Source of the DNA: an uncultured Alphaproteobacteria bacterium
Lineage (GTDB): Bacteria; Pseudomonadota; Alphaproteobacteria; Rs-D84; CACZYB01
NCBI GenBank assembly: GCA_934246625.1
Contig: CAKQHZ010000003.1
Span: 38,393-70,392 of the forward strand
Length of the DNA stretch: 32,000 nt
Direction of reading: 5' to 3'
Position numbers and translations under genes: made by a program. Below the pieces are notes generated by a model. That model was not told the DNA's origin, ran no database searches, and worked only from the letters and a program-made list of their open reading frames with translations. Below, piece by piece: positions 29,711-32,000 of this stretch (position 1 is the first letter of the stretch; the number at the start of each line of letters is the position of its first letter).

Positions 29711-31519
29711 ATGACAAAAAAGATGTTAATAGATGCTACTCATTCAGAACAGACCAGAGTTGCTATAATCGAAAATAATATATTAGAAGATTTTGAACTT
29801 GAAACAATTACAAAAAAGGAAATAAAGGGAAATATATATCTTGCAAAGGTTATTCGTGTTGAACCATCTCTTCAATCAGCATTTGTTGAATACGGTGGTG
29901 CAAAACACGGTTTCTTGCCATTTTCAGAAATCCATCCTGACTATTTCCAAATTCCAATAGAAGATAAAAAAGCTCTTCTTATTTCTCAAGATATTGATGA
30001 CGAGGATAAGGACGAAGAAAAACATTCTGACTCACATACAACAAATTCTGTTGAAACATTTGCAGAAGACGAAGATGAAGACGCAGAACGTCAAGCCGAA
30101 GAAAAAAGAAAACAACTTCTTCGCCAATATAAAATTCAAGAAGTTATTAAATCTGGTCAAATCCTCCTTGTCCAAGTTGAAAAGGAAGAACGTGGAAACA
30201 AGGGTGCCGCAATCACAACCTATATTTCACTTGCTGGCCGTTATTGCGTTTTAATGCCAAACAGCAACAAACGTATTAAATATGGTGTTTCAAGAAAAAT
30301 CCCTTATGGTGAAGACAGAAAAAATCTTAAAGCTATATTAAAAGATTTACCAATTCCAGAAGGTATGACTGTAATTGCAAGAACTGCTGGTTGCAATAAA
30401 ACATACAAGGAATTATTTGCAGATTACAACTATATGATAAACCTTTGGAATGAAATAAGAAAAAAGACTTTTGCATCAACTGCACCTGCCCTTATTCACG
30501 AAGAAAGCGACCTTCTCCGTCGTGCTATCCGTGATATGTATAAGGCTGACGTTGATGAAATCTTAATCGAAGGTGATGAAGGCTATAAAAAGGCAGTTGA
30601 CTTTGCAAAACAAATTGGTTTTGATGACATCAAAAAAATTAAAAAATATAATGACCCTGCACCATTATTTATTGAATATCGTGTAGAAGCTCAACTTGAA
30701 GCCGTTCAAAATCCTATTGTAAAACTTCCAAGTGGTGGTTATTTGGTAATCAATCCAACCGAAGCACTAACTGCTATTGATGTGAACTCTGGTCGTGCAA
30801 CAAAGGAAAGAAACATTGAAGAAACCGCCCTTAAAACAAATTTAGAAGCAGCCCAAGAAGTTGGTCGCCAACTTCGTCTTCGTGATATGGGGGGCTTGGT
30901 TGTTGTTGACTTTATTGATATGCTTGAACCAAAGCATAACCAAGCAGTTGAACAAAAAATGCGTGAAGCATTGAAAAAGGACCGTGCAAAAGTTCAAATG
31001 GCAAAACTTTCACAATTCGGACTTATGGAAATTTCTCGTCAAAGATTAAGACCAAGTTTCCTTGAAGTAAGTCATAAAGTTTGCCCACATTGTCTTGGCA
31101 CTGGACTTGTTCCATCTGTGCAAACTGCATCAATCAATTTGATACGTCATATAGAAGAAGAACTTCTTAAAAAGGTATCAAAACGAATTTACATTTCAAT
31201 TCCATCAGATGTTGCACTTTATACATTAAACCAAAAACGTAATGACATTTTGGAACTTGAAGAAAGATATGGAACAAGCATTATAATAAATGGTGATGAT
31301 ACAATCCTTAACGAAAAATCATACTTGATTGAAAAAATGGATTTGGATAAAAACCTTGATTGTTATTTCCGTGAAAAGGAACCAATCAACACAAAATTCA
31401 AAAACAATATGAAAAAAATCAAAAATCAAGAATTGTTAAAGAAAATGCCTGCAAATAAAATGAAAAAAACAAAAGTTCAAAAAAAGCATGGTTTATTAGC
31501 AAGACTTTTCGGAAGATAA
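29711..31519 (+). CDS. rne: Ribonuclease E/G family endoribonuclease (RNase E-like catalytic domain, short basic tail)
   Basis: MTKKMLIDATHSEQTRVAII start. S1 domain GNIYLAKVIRVEPSLQSAFVEYG is interrupted by an acidic insertion. DNase-I-like AIDVNSG and the Zn-link CPHCLGTG are present. It is divergent from amiC. Confidence 0.9.
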   Translation: MTKKMLIDATHSEQTRVAIIENNILEDFELETITKKEIKGNIYLAKVIRVEPSLQSAFVEYGGAKHGFLPFSEIHPDYFQIPIEDKKALLISQDIDDEDKDEEKHSDSHTTNSVETFAEDEDEDAERQAEEKRKQLLRQYKIQEVIKSGQILLVQVEKEERGNKGAAITTYISLAGRYCVLMPNSNKRIKYGVSRKIPYGEDRKNLKAILKDLPIPEGMTVIARTAGCNKTYKELFADYNYMINLWNEIRKKTFASTAPALIHEESDLLRRAIRDMYKADVDEILIEGDEGYKKAVDFAKQIGFDDIKKIKKYNDPAPLFIEYRVEAQLEAVQNPIVKLPSGGYLVINPTEALTAIDVNSGRATKERNIEETALKTNLEAAQEVGRQLRLRDMGGLVVVDFIDMLEPKHNQAVEQKMREALKKDRAKVQMAKLSQFGLMEISRQRLRPSFLEVSHKVCPHCLGTGLVPSVQTASINLIRHIEEELLKKVSKRIYISIPSDVALYTLNQKRNDILELEERYGTSIIINGDDTILNEKSYLIEKMDLDKNLDCYFREKEPINTKFKNNMKKIKNQELLKKMPANKMKKTKVQKKHGLLARLFGR

Positions 31520-31525
31520 AAAAAC

Positions 31526-31548
31526 GCCCTCCTTGTGAGGGCTTTTTT
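31526..31548 (+). terminator. Rho-independent terminator of rne
   Basis: GCCCTC-cttgt-GAGGGC stem followed by T6. Confidence 0.85.
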
Positions 31549-31597
31549 AATACACAAAAAATTATTTTACTTTTAATAAAACTATGTTATATTTATC

Positions 31598-31702
31598 ACA
31601 GATACAGAAAATATCTGTATTTAGTATTAGAGATAATACGGGCCTTGACAAGCCTTTCAAAAAAGACGATATGAATCAAGATACCGTTTGGTATCTTTTT
31701 TT
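31598..31702 (+). ncRNA. Candidate ~100-nt small RNA (promoter-to-terminator unit without an ORF)
   Basis: Extended -10 promoter TTTTAC-N17-(TGt)TATATT at 31565-31593. There is a 5' hairpin ACAGATA-N7-TATCTGT at 31598-31618. The terminator AGATACC-gttt-GGTATCT plus T-run lies at 31679-31702. No family recognised. Confidence 0.3.
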
Positions 31703-31939
31703 ATATATTTGCCCCCAATCCTTTGTGGTTGGGGAGTCATAGGAATACAATAGGAGTATAGTCCGCTATGCTTCAAATACTATGAGATCATTCTTTTTTG
31801 TGATTTGTCAACTTACCCGACCACTTATCTTTGATACGTGGGATTATTTTTATAAAGGGAGTAAGTTCTTCGCAACAGCAAATTTAAAAATGCTACGGCA
31901 AGACCTTCAAATCTTTAAATAAAAAAGGGGAAGAAAACC

Positions 31940-32000
31940 ATGAAAAACTTATCTAAAGTACTTTGTATTTGTGCGGGGGCTATCTCGGCAAATCCTATTA
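31940..32000 (+). CDS. 5' end of a probably exported protein (20 codons, runs off the window)
   Basis: ATG preceded by AGGGGAAG. MKNLSKVLCICAGAISANPI looks like a signal peptide. Confidence 0.4.
   Translation, partial: MKNLSKVLCICAGAISANPI

Noticed and set aside
29524-29778. 84-aa ORF in the rne leader overlapping the rne start
   Set aside because: It has no RBS, is low-complexity and Lys/Asn-rich, and overlaps the well-supported rne start out of frame. The region is better explained as 5' UTR.
31851-31915. Weak resemblance to a c-di-GMP-I (GEMM) riboswitch core (CGCAACAGCAAA ... ACGGCAAGACC)
   Set aside because: Only two short A-rich strings resemble the consensus. The required P1 GNRA hairpin, tetraloop receptor and second helix cannot be drawn, so this is likely chance. 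An Infernal scan would settle it.

Overview
This is a visibly AT-rich, tightly packed chromosomal segment that is almost entirely core housekeeping genes. It comes from a Gram-negative bacterium: kdsD, lptC, OmpA-type lipoproteins and an AMIN-amidase are all present. GroEL, SSB, the RNase E S1-domain insertion, divergent amiC/rne and the lgt/pgeF linkage suggest an alphaproteobacterium-like lineage with a compact genome; that assignment is inference. Gene order: dnaE (partial, missed by the ORF track), secA, tadA, two lipoproteins, eno, ssb, rppH-like Nudix, groES-groEL, three orphan small genes, rpoZ, mtaB, an NPPY methyltransferase, an unknown polytopic membrane protein, an lgt-pgeF fusion, lptC, kdsD, a secreted protein, suhB-like, gpmI, HD-GYP, priA, queA, a Cys/His-rich small protein, amiC-like, and rne. 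I saw no rRNA, tRNA, CRISPR, transposase, integrase, phage or recognisable defence or toxin genes, and no long repeats. I cannot point to a convincing novel multi-gene system. The best leads are the autonomously expressed orphan trio between groEL and rpoZ, the Lgt-PgeF fusion with its co-transcribed unknown membrane protein, and a SuhB homologue with degenerate metal-binding motifs. Further leads are a small protein carrying a dense Cys/His cluster, a promoter-to-terminator unit after rne that looks like an sRNA, and structured leaders upstream of rne, groESL and tadA. All functional calls rest on motifs read by eye; no searches were run.
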